Shown: positions 19,354 to 30,425 of the stretch, piece after piece
Layout: every line of letters begins with the position of its first letter
How positions within the stretch are numbered: position 1 is the first letter of the stretch
Notes under the pieces: model-generated
What the model saw: only the letters and a program-made list of their open reading frames with translations
The model's database searches: none
What the model was told of the DNA's origin: nothing
Assembly: GCA_963730185.1 (NCBI GenBank)
Contig: CAVSQW010000004.1
Location: 1-64,000 of the forward strand
Reading direction: 5' to 3'
Origin: an uncultured Gemmatimonadales bacterium
GTDB taxonomy: Bacteria > Gemmatimonadota > Gemmatimonadetes > Gemmatimonadales > GWC2-71-9
Length of the DNA: 64,000 bases
Position numbers and translations under genes: made by a program

Positions 19354-19947
19354 TCAGGGGGACCGGACTCGTTGGACGAGTGCGGGGCACTCGAATCGAG
19401 GCTCGCCTGCCATCTGGACCGCCATGCGGAACTCCGCGGTGGCGGCGCCAAAGAGCCGGGCTACCGGTTCCTCGCCCTCGAGCGTGATGGTCGGTCGCTG
19501 GTCGATGACCTCGAATCGGAGCCCGGGCTCGCTCTGGACCGAGACCCAGGTACCGGCCCAGTAGCTCCGCTCATTGATCACTTCGAGGTGGGCGACGTGG
19601 GCCAGCTCCGGCAACGAGAGCTGCCAATCGCCCGGATCGCGCTGGGGATGCCGTACCGCCGCGCCGATCTGTCGATTCGGGGACTGCGTCGGACCGCCTG
19701 GGCCCGGCTTCGGCGCCGTCCAGCTCAGGGTCCATCGGTACTCGACGTCGGTGGGATGGTGCGCGATCCCCGGACGGTGCAGGGGGAAGACGGAATCCGC
19801 CAGCGGCGGAAAGGCGATCACCGCGGTCGTCGGCGAGAGGGTGACGGTGCAGGCACGCGCCGCGGTGGGCTGTCGAGGGCCGGTGAGGGGCTCACATGCC
19901 GAGAGGCAGGTCAGGAGTCCAAACGCGATCCAGATCCGGCGTGGCAC
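19354..19947 (-). CDS. Hypothetical lipoprotein
   Basis: GTG start with GAGGAGG SD; LTCLSAC lipobox. Confidence 0.55.
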   Translation of the reverse strand: MPRRIWIAFGLLTCLSACEPLTGPRQPTAARACTVTLSPTTAVIAFPPLADSVFPLHRPGIAHHPTDVEYRWTLSWTAPKPGPGGPTQSPNRQIGAAVRHPQRDPGDWQLSLPELAHVAHLEVINERSYWAGTWVSVQSEPGLRFEVIDQRPTITLEGEEPVARLFGAATAEFRMAVQMAGEPRFECPALVQRVRSP

Positions 19948-20047
19948 GATGGGCCTCCTCGAGTCGCCCATCGGGTTACTGCAAGGCCGAGGCCACCCGA
20001 GCCGTGAACCAGCACCTCCGCTCGTAGGTCGGGGGGCCGGCGCTTTC

Positions 20048-20813
20048 TCAGCCGATCGAGGCCGCGATGGCCCGGGCCAGCCCGGCGGGATTGTCGTGCG
20101 CCATGCCGTGGCCGGCCGCGGGTACCACCCGAACGTCGACGCCGATGGTTCGAAGCCGGCGGGTATCGGGGTCGGGCAGCGACCGGGCGCCGAAAAGGAC
20201 GGTCCGAGGCATCGGGAGCCGGGCCAGGATCTCCCGCCACGACGGCCGACTGCCCGCCACCAGCGACACCGCCTCCCGGTGAATCGCGGCGGGGAGCGAC
20301 CCGGCCATGGTCGCGGCCCACGGATCATCACCCCGGCGGCGGCTGCGGCGGATCTGGTCGGCGTGACCGCGGGCGACGTAGGCCGCCCGACTCTGGGCGG
20401 CAATCGCCCGGCTGATGCTGCCGCCCCCCGGGGTCGAGGTTGGGCTCGCTCAGCACCAGCCGAGCCACCCGGCGCGACAGGGCCCGCGCGACCACGATCG
20501 CCACCGCGCCGCTCATGCTGTGACCGAAGAGATGGAGCCGACCGAGGCCGAGTCGGCGGATCAGCTCGACGACGACCTGAGCGTGGGCCTCGACGGTGTA
20601 GGAGAAGGTTGCCGGCCGGTCGCTGTAACCCGAGCCGAGCAGGTCGACCAGGATCCGCCGCCGACCCTGGAGCGGGGTCTGGCAGGCCACCTCGGGATAG
20701 TCGGCGGACGAGGCGCAGCCCATGCCGTGGAGGAAAAGGATCGGCGTGCCACGACCGGGGAGGTCGTGGAATCGGAGCGTGGATCGAGCGCCGGTCGTTT
20801 CGAAGGTGTGCAT
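20048..20813 (-). CDS. Alpha/beta hydrolase, frameshifted (~20300-20420)
   Basis: LHGMG, DLLGSGYS, GHSMSG in one frame; AAGHGMAHDNP C-terminus in another. Confidence 0.85.
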
Positions 20814-20852
20814 CGGTGGTCGTCCGGGTCAGGGGTCGTCGCGCAGGATCCG

Positions 20853-22716
20853 TCACGGTCGATCGATCACCGGGAACGTGAAGAACGAGCCCGGATGAAT
20901 CCGGTTCACCGCGACCACCGGATCCCGCTCGTCGTAGTTGGGTCCGCCGGTCTGGAGGTTCCGCTCGAAGTTCGGAAAGTTCGACCCGGCGACCTCGATC
21001 CGGATCCGGTGGCCGGGCGCGAAGTAGTTCCCGGCCACCAGCCCGGTGATCTCGACGGGATAGGTCCGACCCGGCTGGAGCGGCTTGGGGTCGTCGTAGC
21101 CGTCCCGGTAGCGGAGTCGGGCAGCGGCGTCGTACAGGTTGAACGCGCGGCCGTCCGGGTAGACGTCGATCAGCTTGACCATCACGTCCGTGCCGCGGGC
21201 CGACGACGACAGGTAGAGCGTGCCGGTGATCTCACCCACTACCGCGACGCCCCGGGTCAATGGCGGCGTCGAGTAGACCAGCACGTCGGGCCGGGCCTCG
21301 ACCGGGCGCTGGTCGCGCACGGCGTCGCGGTCGCAGCAGCCGCCTCCCCGCGAGGGAACCGGCTTCGACGGATCGGAGACGAAGCTGTCGGGCGCCACGG
21401 CGGTCGGCGGGTCGAGCGAGAGCCGGCCGTCGCCCTTCAGGCTCTGCGCGTGGCCGGTGCTGGAGAGGTAGTAGCGGGTCGGGCGGCCTGTCGGGGACCG
21501 GCAGCGTGGGCAGGGACAGCCAGCGGTCGGCGCCCTCGAGAAAAGCCTGGACCTTGGGCCGGTCCAGGACGGTGGCCGGGCCATCCTTGAGCCAGTGGTC
21601 GAACCAGGCCAGGAAGATCTCGTCGTAGGGCTGGGCTGCATTCCCGATCGGGCGCTCGCCGGTCCGGTATTGGGCCGTGGCCCGGGTCATGGCGCAGTGC
21701 GACGTGGGGGCCATGATCAGGTACTGGTTCGGGGCGTCCTGGAGGTACTCGAACAGCTTGACGGTCTCGAACGCCCCGACGTCGTGCCAACCGTTCACGT
21801 GGAGGGCCGGCACTTGCGGGTGGTCGCCGTCGCGGATGAAGTCGATCGCCAGCCACCGAACGTCGGCTGGCGACATGGTGACGAAGGTGTCGTAGTCGGA
21901 CCCCGGCGCGCCGGCGTGGCGAAGGATGTCACCGCTGGGTAGATAGGCGAGCCCGCCCAGCTCGCCCTTGCCCTCGATCGCGCTGCTGAACGACGGCAGG
22001 CCGGCCCGGTCCGACGCGGGCACCACGAACGGGCTGAAGAAATCCGCCAGCCGGATCCGCTCGTCCTGGGAGATGTCGGCCGGGAGCTTGGGCCGGTTGG
22101 TAGAGCCGGCCAGTCCGTACCAACCGACCCAGGGGCCCATCTGCGGCACGCCGCCCTTATAGAAGAGTCCCTGAGACGACACCCCCGGGACCGCCCCGAT
22201 GCCGGCGCCGGCGGACATCGGGATCATCGCCCGGTGGGCCGGGTGATTCATCGCCGCGAGGCCGAGCTGGTCCTCGGCGCTCGAGGAGCAGCCGATGGTG
22301 CCGACCCGACCGTTGGACCAGGGCTGCGCGGCGATCCAGCTCAGGGTGTCGTAGCCGTCGTTTCGGGCGCCGGCCAGAAAGCGGTGCCGCCCCTCCGACC
22401 ACTCCGTCCCCCGCTCGTTCTGGACCACGATGGCGTAGCCCCGGCGGACGGCCGCGGCCAGGAGCGTCTTGAAACCGAGGATCTCGCCATCCTTGAGATA
22501 GGGCGTCCGGATCAGGATGGTGGGGAGGTGGTCGCCGGCTGACGGGCGAATGACGGCGGTCGAGAGCCGGATCCCGTCCCGCATCGGCACCATGACCATC
22601 CGTTCGACCTGGGCGACGTCGGCGACGCCCAGGCGGTCGAGGATGTCGGCGCGCTGGGCGGCGAGGCCGGCCGGAAGGCTCAGCAGGGCGAGGCCGAGGG
22701 CGAACGGGCGAGTCAT
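20853..22716 (-). CDS. CocE/NonD (S15-like) hydrolase, secreted, frameshifted near 21500
   Basis: VPMRDGIRL, RTPY, NERG..SEG, DGYDT..W..QPWSNGRVG, GCSS, GWHD; C-terminal domain GHRIRIEVAGSNFP in a second frame. Confidence 0.9.
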
Positions 22717-22879
22717 CTGGGCCTCCTGGCGTTGGAACAGGCACGAGATCGAAGAGCGTACTCCGGCGTCGGAGCGGGGGCAACCGGGGACGGCGCTGGG
22801 GGCGGAGACCGGCGTCCGGGCCCGGCGCGGGCGCATTCTGTGCTCTCGACAACGAATGCAGTAATGTATACAATAGGAG

Positions 22880-23584
22880 ATGCCCAACGCCCCGGCCGCT
22901 GCTCGTGCCCGCCCCGACGACGTCTACCTGGAGCTCCACGACCTCATCGTTCACGGCGTCCTCGGTCCCGGCAGCCCCCTGGTCGAAGCCGATCTCGCCG
23001 ACCGGCTGGCGGTCAGCCGTACCCCCGTGAGCCACGCCTTGGGGCGGCTGCATCAGCAGGGCCTCATCGTGGAGGCCGGCGCCCGCCGCCAATCCCGGTA
23101 CCGCGTCGCTCCGCTGACGAGGGACGACGGGCGGGCCCTCTATCAGGTCATCGCCGAGCTGGACGGGCTCGCGGCCCACGACGCCGCGCTGCTGCCGGCG
23201 AGAACCCGGCGCCGAATCGCGGCGGCGCTCCGGGAGACCAACCGGCGGATGACCTCGAGCACGGCGCGCGAGAAGGGCACGCTTGCGCTCTACCAGCTGG
23301 ACCGCGATTTCCACCGCGGGTACGTCGAGGCGGGCGGCAGTCCGCGCCTCCGCTCGATGTATCGCTCGCTGGAGGGGTACGAGGAGCGGTACGCCCGGGT
23401 CTACTACGTCAGCTTCGGGCTCGACGCCATCCTGGCCTCCGGCGGCGAGCACGACGCGATCGTCGCGGCGCTCTCCCAGGGCGACGCCGAACGGGCGCGG
23501 GAAGCGGCTCGGGCCAACTGGCGCCGCTCGGCGGAGCGGCTGACGCAGGCCATCGAGCGGCTGGGGGAGCGGGGCGAATGGTGA
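22880..23584 (+). CDS. GntR (FadR/FCD) transcriptional regulator
   Basis: LGPGSPLVEADLADRLAVSRTPV wHTH; DRDFH, EHDAIVAAL FCD motifs. Confidence 0.9.
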   Translation: MPNAPAAARARPDDVYLELHDLIVHGVLGPGSPLVEADLADRLAVSRTPVSHALGRLHQQGLIVEAGARRQSRYRVAPLTRDDGRALYQVIAELDGLAAHDAALLPARTRRRIAAALRETNRRMTSSTAREKGTLALYQLDRDFHRGYVEAGGSPRLRSMYRSLEGYEERYARVYYVSFGLDAILASGGEHDAIVAALSQGDAERAREAARANWRRSAERLTQAIERLGERGEW

Positions 23585-25527
23585 CGGCGGCGATCACGGC
23601 CTGGCTCGCGTTCGCCTCGGCGGCGCTCCCGTTCCCACCACCCGATTCGGCGCCGCCGCTTCCCGCCCTGACCCGATCGGACCTGGAGGCGTGGCTCGAC
23701 GGCTTCGCTCCTCTGGCCCTCGAGCAGGGCGACATCGCCGGCGCGGTGGTCGTGGTCGTGAAGGACGGCGCCGTGCTCCTGCAGAAAGGCTACGGGTTGG
23801 CGGACGTCGCCAGGGGCACGCGGATGGACCCGACCCGGACCGTCCTCGGGGTCGGATCGGTGTCGAAGCTCTTCACCTGGACGGCGGTCATGCAGCAGGT
23901 GGAGCAGGGAAAGCTCGATCTCGACCGCGACATCGACGATTACCTCGATTTCCACGTTCCCGAGCCGTTCGGACCGATCACCCTTCGCAACCTGATGACC
24001 CACACCGCGGGCTTCGCGGCCCGGGGCTATCGTCAGTACCCGCATCCCAGACTCCTCGGGCCCCATCTCAGGGGCACCCCCCCGCCGCCGGTGATCTTTC
24101 CGCCGGGGCTGATCACGGCCTATTCCAACTACGGCGCGATGCTGGCCGGGTACCTGGTGGAGCGGGCTTCCGGGGAGCCCTTCGTCGACTACCTGGACCG
24201 GCACGTCCTGGGTCCGCTCGGCATGAACCGCTCCTCGTTTCGGCGGCCGGTGCCCGACCAGCTCCAGGCGGACCTCGCACCGAGCTACGATCTCGCCTCG
24301 GGAGCGCCGGAGCCCCCCAACCACGAGGAGCCCGCAGGTGATCCCTCCGGTCACCTGGTCACGACGGCCGCCGATCTCTCTCACTTCATGCTCGCCCAGC
24401 TCGACCAGGGCCGATACGACGGTCGCGCCATCCTCCGGCCGGAGACCGTGGCGCTCATGCAGGCGCCGGCATTCACCTCGGTGCCCGGCGGCCAGGCCAC
24501 GGCGCTGGGCTTCTTCCGCCTCGATGACAACGGCCACCGGATCCTCTGGCACGGCGGCGACATCGCGGGCTTCCACGCGGCGCTGCACCTCCTGCCCGAC
24601 GACCACGTCGGGTTCTTCGTCGGTGTCAACAGCAATGGCCTTCCCAAAGGGGTCCTGAACGCGGCCAACGAGATCCGGACCGTGCTCTTCCACCGGTTCA
24701 TGGACCGATACTTTCCCGCCCCGCCCGCGCCGACCGAGCCGACCGAGCCGACCCTGCCGACCGCCCGAGCGCACGGTCGGCTGATCGCGGGCGAGTACGA
24801 CCTCTCGGCCCGGCCCTCCGGCGACTATCAGGAGGCGCTGTTTCTGCTCCAGCGGTATGCCCTCGGGCTCCGGATCGAGCTGCTTGGCGACGGCACCATC
24901 AGCACGCCCGGGTTCCTGTCATTCGAGGACGGCCGTCCGAAGCGCTGGCATGAGGTCGCTCCGTTCGTTTGGCGCCAGGTGAACGGGACGGCGCGGCTCC
25001 GAGCCGACGTGCGGGACGGTAGGGTTCGTGGCGTCTGGCCCGACGACCTGCCCTCGGTGTACCTGATGCAGCCGGTATCCCCGGTCGCGTCGGCCGGCCT
25101 CAATGTGCCGCTCTTTCTCGGGGCGGTCGTGGTCGTGGCGGCGGCAGGGCTGGCATGGCCGATCGGGTGGGTCGCCCGGCGAACGCTCGGCGTCACCGGA
25201 CCCTGGACCGGAACCGACCGGCCGGCCCGAACGGCGTTCCGGGCGGCCACGGCGCTCGCAGTCGCGTTCCTGCTGGGGTGGATGATGGTGGTTGCGAGCG
25301 ATCTTCCCTCCCGAGCCGGGACCGACGGCTGGGTCCGCCTGGTCCAGGTCGTCGGCGTGGCCTTCGTGGTCGCCACGGTGGCCGCGATGCTCACGCTCCG
25401 GCAGACCTGGCGGACCCCTGTCCCGCGGTGGGTCCGAATCGGGCGTACCGTCACCGCGCTGGCCTTGCTCGAGCTGGTTTGGTTCTCCTTCGCGTTCCAC
25501 CTCCTCAGCGTGCACCTCAACTACTGA
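23578..25527 (+). CDS. Beta-lactamase-family serine hydrolase with C-terminal TM helices
   Basis: SVSK (SxxK), LMTHTAG, YSN, HGGD; 3-4 C-terminal TM segments. Confidence 0.9.
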   Translation: MVTAAITAWLAFASAALPFPPPDSAPPLPALTRSDLEAWLDGFAPLALEQGDIAGAVVVVVKDGAVLLQKGYGLADVARGTRMDPTRTVLGVGSVSKLFTWTAVMQQVEQGKLDLDRDIDDYLDFHVPEPFGPITLRNLMTHTAGFAARGYRQYPHPRLLGPHLRGTPPPPVIFPPGLITAYSNYGAMLAGYLVERASGEPFVDYLDRHVLGPLGMNRSSFRRPVPDQLQADLAPSYDLASGAPEPPNHEEPAGDPSGHLVTTAADLSHFMLAQLDQGRYDGRAILRPETVALMQAPAFTSVPGGQATALGFFRLDDNGHRILWHGGDIAGFHAALHLLPDDHVGFFVGVNSNGLPKGVLNAANEIRTVLFHRFMDRYFPAPPAPTEPTEPTLPTARAHGRLIAGEYDLSARPSGDYQEALFLLQRYALGLRIELLGDGTISTPGFLSFEDGRPKRWHEVAPFVWRQVNGTARLRADVRDGRVRGVWPDDLPSVYLMQPVSPVASAGLNVPLFLGAVVVVAAAGLAWPIGWVARRTLGVTGPWTGTDRPARTAFRAATALAVAFLLGWMMVVASDLPSRAGTDGWVRLVQVVGVAFVVATVAAMLTLRQTWRTPVPRWVRIGRTVTALALLELVWFSFAFHLLSVHLNY

Positions 25528-25531
25528 CGCC

Positions 25532-27005
25532 ATGAGACCCGCCGGATCGATCCTCCTCGCGCTGGCCATCGGCGCTGCCGGGTGCCGGCCGGCCTCCGAC
25601 CCTTCGGCGCGGATCGACCGGGTCGTCTCGGGCCTCGAGCCGGCGCGGGTCGTTCGGGGTGAGCCGCGGGTTCGCTGGACGCTGACGGACCGGATGGCCC
25701 ATTACCACGTTCCGGGCGTGAGCATCGCCGTGATCGACAGCGGACGAATCGCGTGGGCGCGGGGCTTTGGGACCCGGGAGGCGGGGAGCGCCGACTCGGT
25801 CGGCCCGAAGACGCTCTTCCAGGCGGGATCCATCAGCAAGCCGGCCTTCGCGCTGGCGGCCATGCGGCTGGTACAGGACGGCCGGCTTCTCGCTCGACCA
25901 GGACGTGAACGACCGGCTCGCGTCGTGGAAGGTCCCGGCCAACCGGTTCACCGCGGTCGCGAAGGTTACCCTCCGCCGGATCCTGAGCCATACGGCGGGG
26001 CTCACGGTCCATGGCTTCCCGGGCTATGCTATCGGCGAGCCGCTCCCAACCGTGCCTCAGATCCTCGATGGGGAGCCGCCCGCGAACACGGCGCCGGTCC
26101 GGGTGGACACCGTGCCCGGCGCCGTCTCGCGGTACTCGGGCGGCGGGTATCTCGTCGCCATGGTGCTGGTGACCGACGTGACCGGCGAGCCGTTTCCGGA
26201 GCTGATGCACCGGCTCGTGCTGGGGCCGGCCGGGATGGCCCGGAGCACCTACCGGCAGCCGCCGCCCGACTCGCTCCTGGCCGACGCAGCGGGCGGGCAC
26301 GATTCCGAGGGCCGGGCCGTGCCCGGCCACTACCACCTCTACCCCGAAATGAGCGCGGCCGGCCTCTGGACCACGCCGTCCGACCTCGCCCGGCTCGCGA
26401 TCGAGCTCCAGCGAACCTACGCCGGGAGGTCGAATCGGATCGTCTCGGAGCTCACCTGGAAGCGGATGCTCGAGGTCCAGCCGCCCGCCGGCGACGAGCC
26501 CTTTGGTCTGGGGTTCGGCATCCGGGGGAACGGTGCCGACCGCGAATTCGAGCACGGCGGTGCCGTGCTCGGGTTCCGGGCCCAGCTGGTCGCCTACGCC
26601 GAGCGGGGGCAGGGGGCCGTCATCATGACCAACGGCGACCAGGGCGACCGGCTGATCGAGGAGCTTCTCGCCAGCATCGCGGCGGAGTACGGCTGGCCCG
26701 GTCATCATCCGGTCGAGCTCACGGTGGCGTCGCTGGCTCCGGAAGCCAAGCAGGCGCTGCTCGGCACCTATCAGCTGAACGTGAAGGGGTTCGGGGAGGG
26801 GAAGGCGGTGGTGACGCTGGAGGCCGGCCGTCTCGAGCTGGATGTGAACATCGGCGGGCTCGGCAAGGACGAGCTGCTGGCCGAGACCGACTCCACCTTT
26901 TCGCTTCGCGAATCGGGGGTGTCGGTAGGGTTCGAGCGGAAACCGGATGGGCGAGTGGTGGCGATCGTCATCGATGGGGCCGTGCGGGGGACGAAGCGAG
27001 AATAG
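25532..27005 (+). CDS. Beta-lactamase-family serine hydrolase lipoprotein, frameshifted near 25889
   Basis: AAGC lipobox; VPGVSIAVI, QAGSISK; then LSHTAG, YSGGG, HGG in a second frame. Confidence 0.88.
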
Positions 27006-27057
27006 GGACGGGCACGTCCGAGGACGATCCTGTGAACGAGGCCCGCCGACGCTGGCC

Positions 27058-30000
27058 TCAGCGATCGAGAACCTCGCGGATCTTCCGGCCCAGCGTCTCG
27101 GAGGTGAACGGCTTGTGGAGGAACGCGAGGCCCGGCGCGAGCACGCCGTGGTGGGTGATTACGTCTTCCGTGTACCCGGACATGTAGACCACCTTTGTCG
27201 CCGGGTGCCGCCCGGCGATCCGCTTGATCAGGTCCGGCCCGCTGCCGTCAGGCATGACGACGTCGGTGAGGATGACGTCGACGTTCGGCGTGTCGTCGAG
27301 GCGGGCGGTTGCCTCCATCACGTTCTCCGCCAGGATCACGTGGTAGCCCTGGCGCTCCAACATTCGTCGCACCAGGGTCCGGAGGTGCTCGGCATCTTCG
27401 ACCACGAGGACGGTCTCGCCCGCCCCGGTGATTCGGGACGGCGCCGGCCTCGACTCGGCTACCGCCTCGGCGTCGGCAAGCTGGGGCAGGTAGACGTTGA
27501 AGGTGGTCCCGTGGCCCAGCTCGCTGTACACCGTAATCGAGCCGTTCGCCCGGGTAACGATCCCGTGGACCGTTGCCAACCCGAGCCCGGTGCCCTGGCC
27601 GACCGGCTTGGTGGTGAAGAAGGGCTCGAACAGCCGCGCTTGCACCTCCGGTGACATCCCGACCCCGGTGTCGCTCACTCTCAGGACCACGTAGTGCCCC
27701 GGGCGGACCCTGAAGTGACGGTCGGCGTAGCCCTCGTCGAGCTCGACGTTGGCGGTCGCGATGGTCAGGCTTCCACCGTCGCGCATGGCATCGCGGGCGT
27801 TCACCGCGAGGTTCAGCACGACCTGCTCCATTTGGGCCCGGTCGGCCTTGATCGAGCCCAGATTCGCGCCGGGGTGGAGCGTCACGGTCACGTCCTCGCC
27901 GATGACCCGGCCGAGAATCCGGCGCAGGCCGCCGATGACGTCGTTGAGATCGAGCACGGTCGGCTCGATGATCTGTTTGCGGCTGAAGGCCAGCAACTGG
28001 CGGGTCAGGCCGGCCGCACTCTCGCCGGCCCGGTGGATGGCCTGAATGTCCGCCGCGCGGGGGTCGTGAGCGTCGAGGTCCGCGAGCAGAAGCTGGCAGT
28101 AGCCGAGGATCGCGGTCAGGAGATTGTTGAAGTCGTGGGCCACGCCGCCCGCCAGCCGGCCGACCGCTTCCATCTTCTGGGCTTGATGGTACTGCGCTTC
28201 CAGGGACCGCCGATCCGTCACGTCGAGCGAGACGCCTACCGCCCGTTCGGGCTGGCCACCGGCGTCGGTGTGGATCCGCCCCACGGTGGTGAGCCAGCGG
28301 ATCGAGCCATCGGGCCAAAGGACCCGGAACTGCGCACTGAAGTCTCGCCCCGAGAGTTTGGCGCGCTCCACGGTGTCGAGCAGCAGTTGTCGGTCGTCCG
28401 GGTGGACGGCCCCGGTGAATGACTCAAAATCGCCGCTGAAGGTTCCGGTCGCGAGGCCAAAATGCGCCTCGGCGATCGGCGACATCCGCGCCACGCCGGT
28501 GGCGTAATCGTGGTCCCAGATGCCCACGTTCGCGCTCTCCAGCGCGAACCGCATCCGCTGCTCGGCGGCCCGCAGCGCCTCGGCCGCCTCGTGCTGCTCC
28601 GTGATGTCGATTCCGGAGCTGAGGGTGCCGCTGATCCGGCCGTCCTCGTCGCGGAGGACCCGGTTCCGCCATTCGATCAGCCGCTCCTCGCCGCCGTGGG
28701 TGAGCACCGGGTTCTCGACCACCGATGTATCGCCGGCGACCAGCCGCTCGAACTTCTGCCGGAGGGCCGGCCGGATCCGGGCCGGGACGCAGGTCTCGAC
28801 CCAATCGCGGCCGAGGAGGTCGGCCTCAGTCCATCCCAGGACCTCGCACCCCTTCCGATTGATCAGGGTCACCCGTCCCTCGGGACTCAGGGCCAGGAGG
28901 ATGGCCTCGGCGGTGTCGAGGTAGCGCTGGGCCCGATCCCGCTCCGAACGAAGCGCGGCCTCGGCCCGCCGGCTTTCGGTCACGTCCCGGAAGTACCACA
29001 CGCGACCGTAGTAGCGGCCGTCGGGGTCGCGCATCGGCGCGGAGTAGCGGTGGAAGGTGCGGCCATCGGTCAGCGCGACCTCGTCGTGCGAGGTCTCGTC
29101 GTGGCGCTCATAGAGCTCACGGATCCGCCGCATGAAGCCATCCGGGTCCACCAGGCGATCGCGGACGACCTGGAGCAAGGTCCGGTCGGCCCGGGTTGCA
29201 AGGACGTCGGTGCCAAGGCCCCACATCTCGGCGAACCGGCCGTTGTAGGAGAGCACCGTCGAGCGGTCGTCCACGACGAGGATGCCGTCCAGGGTGAGCT
29301 CGCGCTCGGTGAGGAGCATGGCCTGCTGAAACCGGCGCTCGGCCTCGGCCCGTTTCCTGGCCGTGATGTCGCGCGCCACCTTGGAGGCGCCGATCACCCG
29401 ACCCTCGGCGTCCCGGATCGGGGAAGTGGTCAGCGACACGTCGATCCGGCGGCCGGTGCTCGTCTGGCGCACCGTCTCGAACGAGCTGACCCGCTCGTTC
29501 CGCCGGATCCGAGCCAGGATGTCGGCTTCTTCGTCGAGCCGATCCTCCGGGATCAGCTTGGTGATCGGCGACCCGATCATCTCCTCGGCCGAGTAGCCGA
29601 ACAGCCGCGTCGCCCCGGCGTTCCAGCTGGTGACCACGCCGTCGAGGTCCTTGCTCACGATCGCGTCGTCCGACGACTCGACGATCGCCGCCAGCCGGCG
29701 GGCGTCGATGTCACTCCGGCGGCTGCCCGTGACCTCCGTGATCACCACAATCACGCACGGGCCCGTTCCGTCGATCTGGGTCGGCTCGTATCGGACCGCA
29801 TAGAGCCGGTCGCCGTCGGGCCCGGACATCCGGAGATCGTAGCCGATCCGCTCGCCCGCGAAGGCCCGATCCAGGCGGGGCCGGATCTGATCGTCGTAGA
29901 CCGCAGCGAGCACTTCCGGTACCCGCTGACCCACCAGCTCCGGCTGGGGCAGATCCAGAATCTCGGCGTACGTGCGGTTGGCGTAGAGGTAGCGGCGCTC

Positions 30001-30069
30001 GGGACTCACGATCACGAGGCCGACCCCGGCGTGCTCGGTGACGATCCGAAGCAGCGCGTGGTCGGGCAT
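27058..30069 (-). CDS. Cytoplasmic hybrid sensor histidine kinase (about 5 PAS, HisKA, HATPase, REC)
   Basis: Repeated PAS/PAC units; LAGGVAHDFNNLL, NLAVNARDAM, DTGVGM, PFFTTK..GTGLGL, LTDVVMP, KPF; no TM. Start uncertain. Confidence 0.93.
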   Translation of the reverse strand: MPDHALLRIVTEHAGVGLVIVSPERRYLYANRTYAEILDLPQPELVGQRVPEVLAAVYDDQIRPRLDRAFAGERIGYDLRMSGPDGDRLYAVRYEPTQIDGTGPCVIVVITEVTGSRRSDIDARRLAAIVESSDDAIVSKDLDGVVTSWNAGATRLFGYSAEEMIGSPITKLIPEDRLDEEADILARIRRNERVSSFETVRQTSTGRRIDVSLTTSPIRDAEGRVIGASKVARDITARKRAEAERRFQQAMLLTERELTLDGILVVDDRSTVLSYNGRFAEMWGLGTDVLATRADRTLLQVVRDRLVDPDGFMRRIRELYERHDETSHDEVALTDGRTFHRYSAPMRDPDGRYYGRVWYFRDVTESRRAEAALRSERDRAQRYLDTAEAILLALSPEGRVTLINRKGCEVLGWTEADLLGRDWVETCVPARIRPALRQKFERLVAGDTSVVENPVLTHGGEERLIEWRNRVLRDEDGRISGTLSSGIDITEQHEAAEALRAAEQRMRFALESANVGIWDHDYATGVARMSPIAEAHFGLATGTFSGDFESFTGAVHPDDRQLLLDTVERAKLSGRDFSAQFRVLWPDGSIRWLTTVGRIHTDAGGQPERAVGVSLDVTDRRSLEAQYHQAQKMEAVGRLAGGVAHDFNNLLTAILGYCQLLLADLDAHDPRAADIQAIHRAGESAAGLTRQLLAFSRKQIIEPTVLDLNDVIGGLRRILGRVIGEDVTVTLHPGANLGSIKADRAQMEQVVLNLAVNARDAMRDGGSLTIATANVELDEGYADRHFRVRPGHYVVLRVSDTGVGMSPEVQARLFEPFFTTKPVGQGTGLGLATVHGIVTRANGSITVYSELGHGTTFNVYLPQLADAEAVAESRPAPSRITGAGETVLVVEDAEHLRTLVRRMLERQGYHVILAENVMEATARLDDTPNVDVILTDVVMPDGSGPDLIKRIAGRHPATKVVYMSGYTEDVITHHGVLAPGLAFLHKPFTSETLGRKIREVLDR

Positions 30070-30129
30070 GGCGGCGATCGGACGCCGCGGGTTGTTCCCT
30101 GGCAGGTGCCAAACAGACATCGTTCTTCG

Positions 30130-30171
30130 CGAGATACCGCCTTTCCTATTCGAGATACCGCCTTTCCTATT
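30130..30171. repeat. Perfect 21-bp tandem direct repeat (x2)
   Basis: cgagataccgcctttcctatt at 30130-30150 and 30151-30171. Confidence 0.95.
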
Positions 30172-30364
30172 ATTGACGCTCCAGCGTTGCCTTCGGTACA
30201 CGGTCGTAGTCCGAGCCGGTCCGATGCCCTCGAGGATCGGCCTTCGTCCCGCCCGTGGCCTCGGCATCTACTCGAGACGCGACGCCCGGGTGGCCCGGGA
30301 TCGCTACAGGGCGCCCGCCGGAGACGACGGCGCCAGGGCCGGTCTCGTTCGGACGCGCGTCCCA

Positions 30365-30419
30365 CCCCTTGAACTACTAGGGGACCCGGCTATCTTCTTT
30401 CCCTAGAACCACCAAGGAA
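30365..30419 (+). promoter_or_regulatory. Two PadR-type imperfect palindromic operators
   Basis: ccccttgaactactagggg and ttccctagaaccaccaaggaa directly upstream of the padR start. Confidence 0.6.
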
Positions 30420-30425
30420 GCCAGA

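Noticed and set aside
22732..23577. N-terminal extension of the 931-aa ORF
   Set aside because: Overlaps gntR in another frame; the hydrolase signal peptide begins at 23578.
24730..24755. ccgaccgag tandem repeat (PTEPTEPT)
   Set aside because: Short in-frame Pro-rich linker with no sign of wider significance.
23578..27005. Calling the serine hydrolases beta-lactamase resistance genes
   Set aside because: SxxK/YxN/HxG motifs are shared with peptidases and esterases; specificity cannot be read from sequence.
30130..30171. CRISPR array
   Set aside because: Only two abutting copies with no spacer, and no cas genes in the window.
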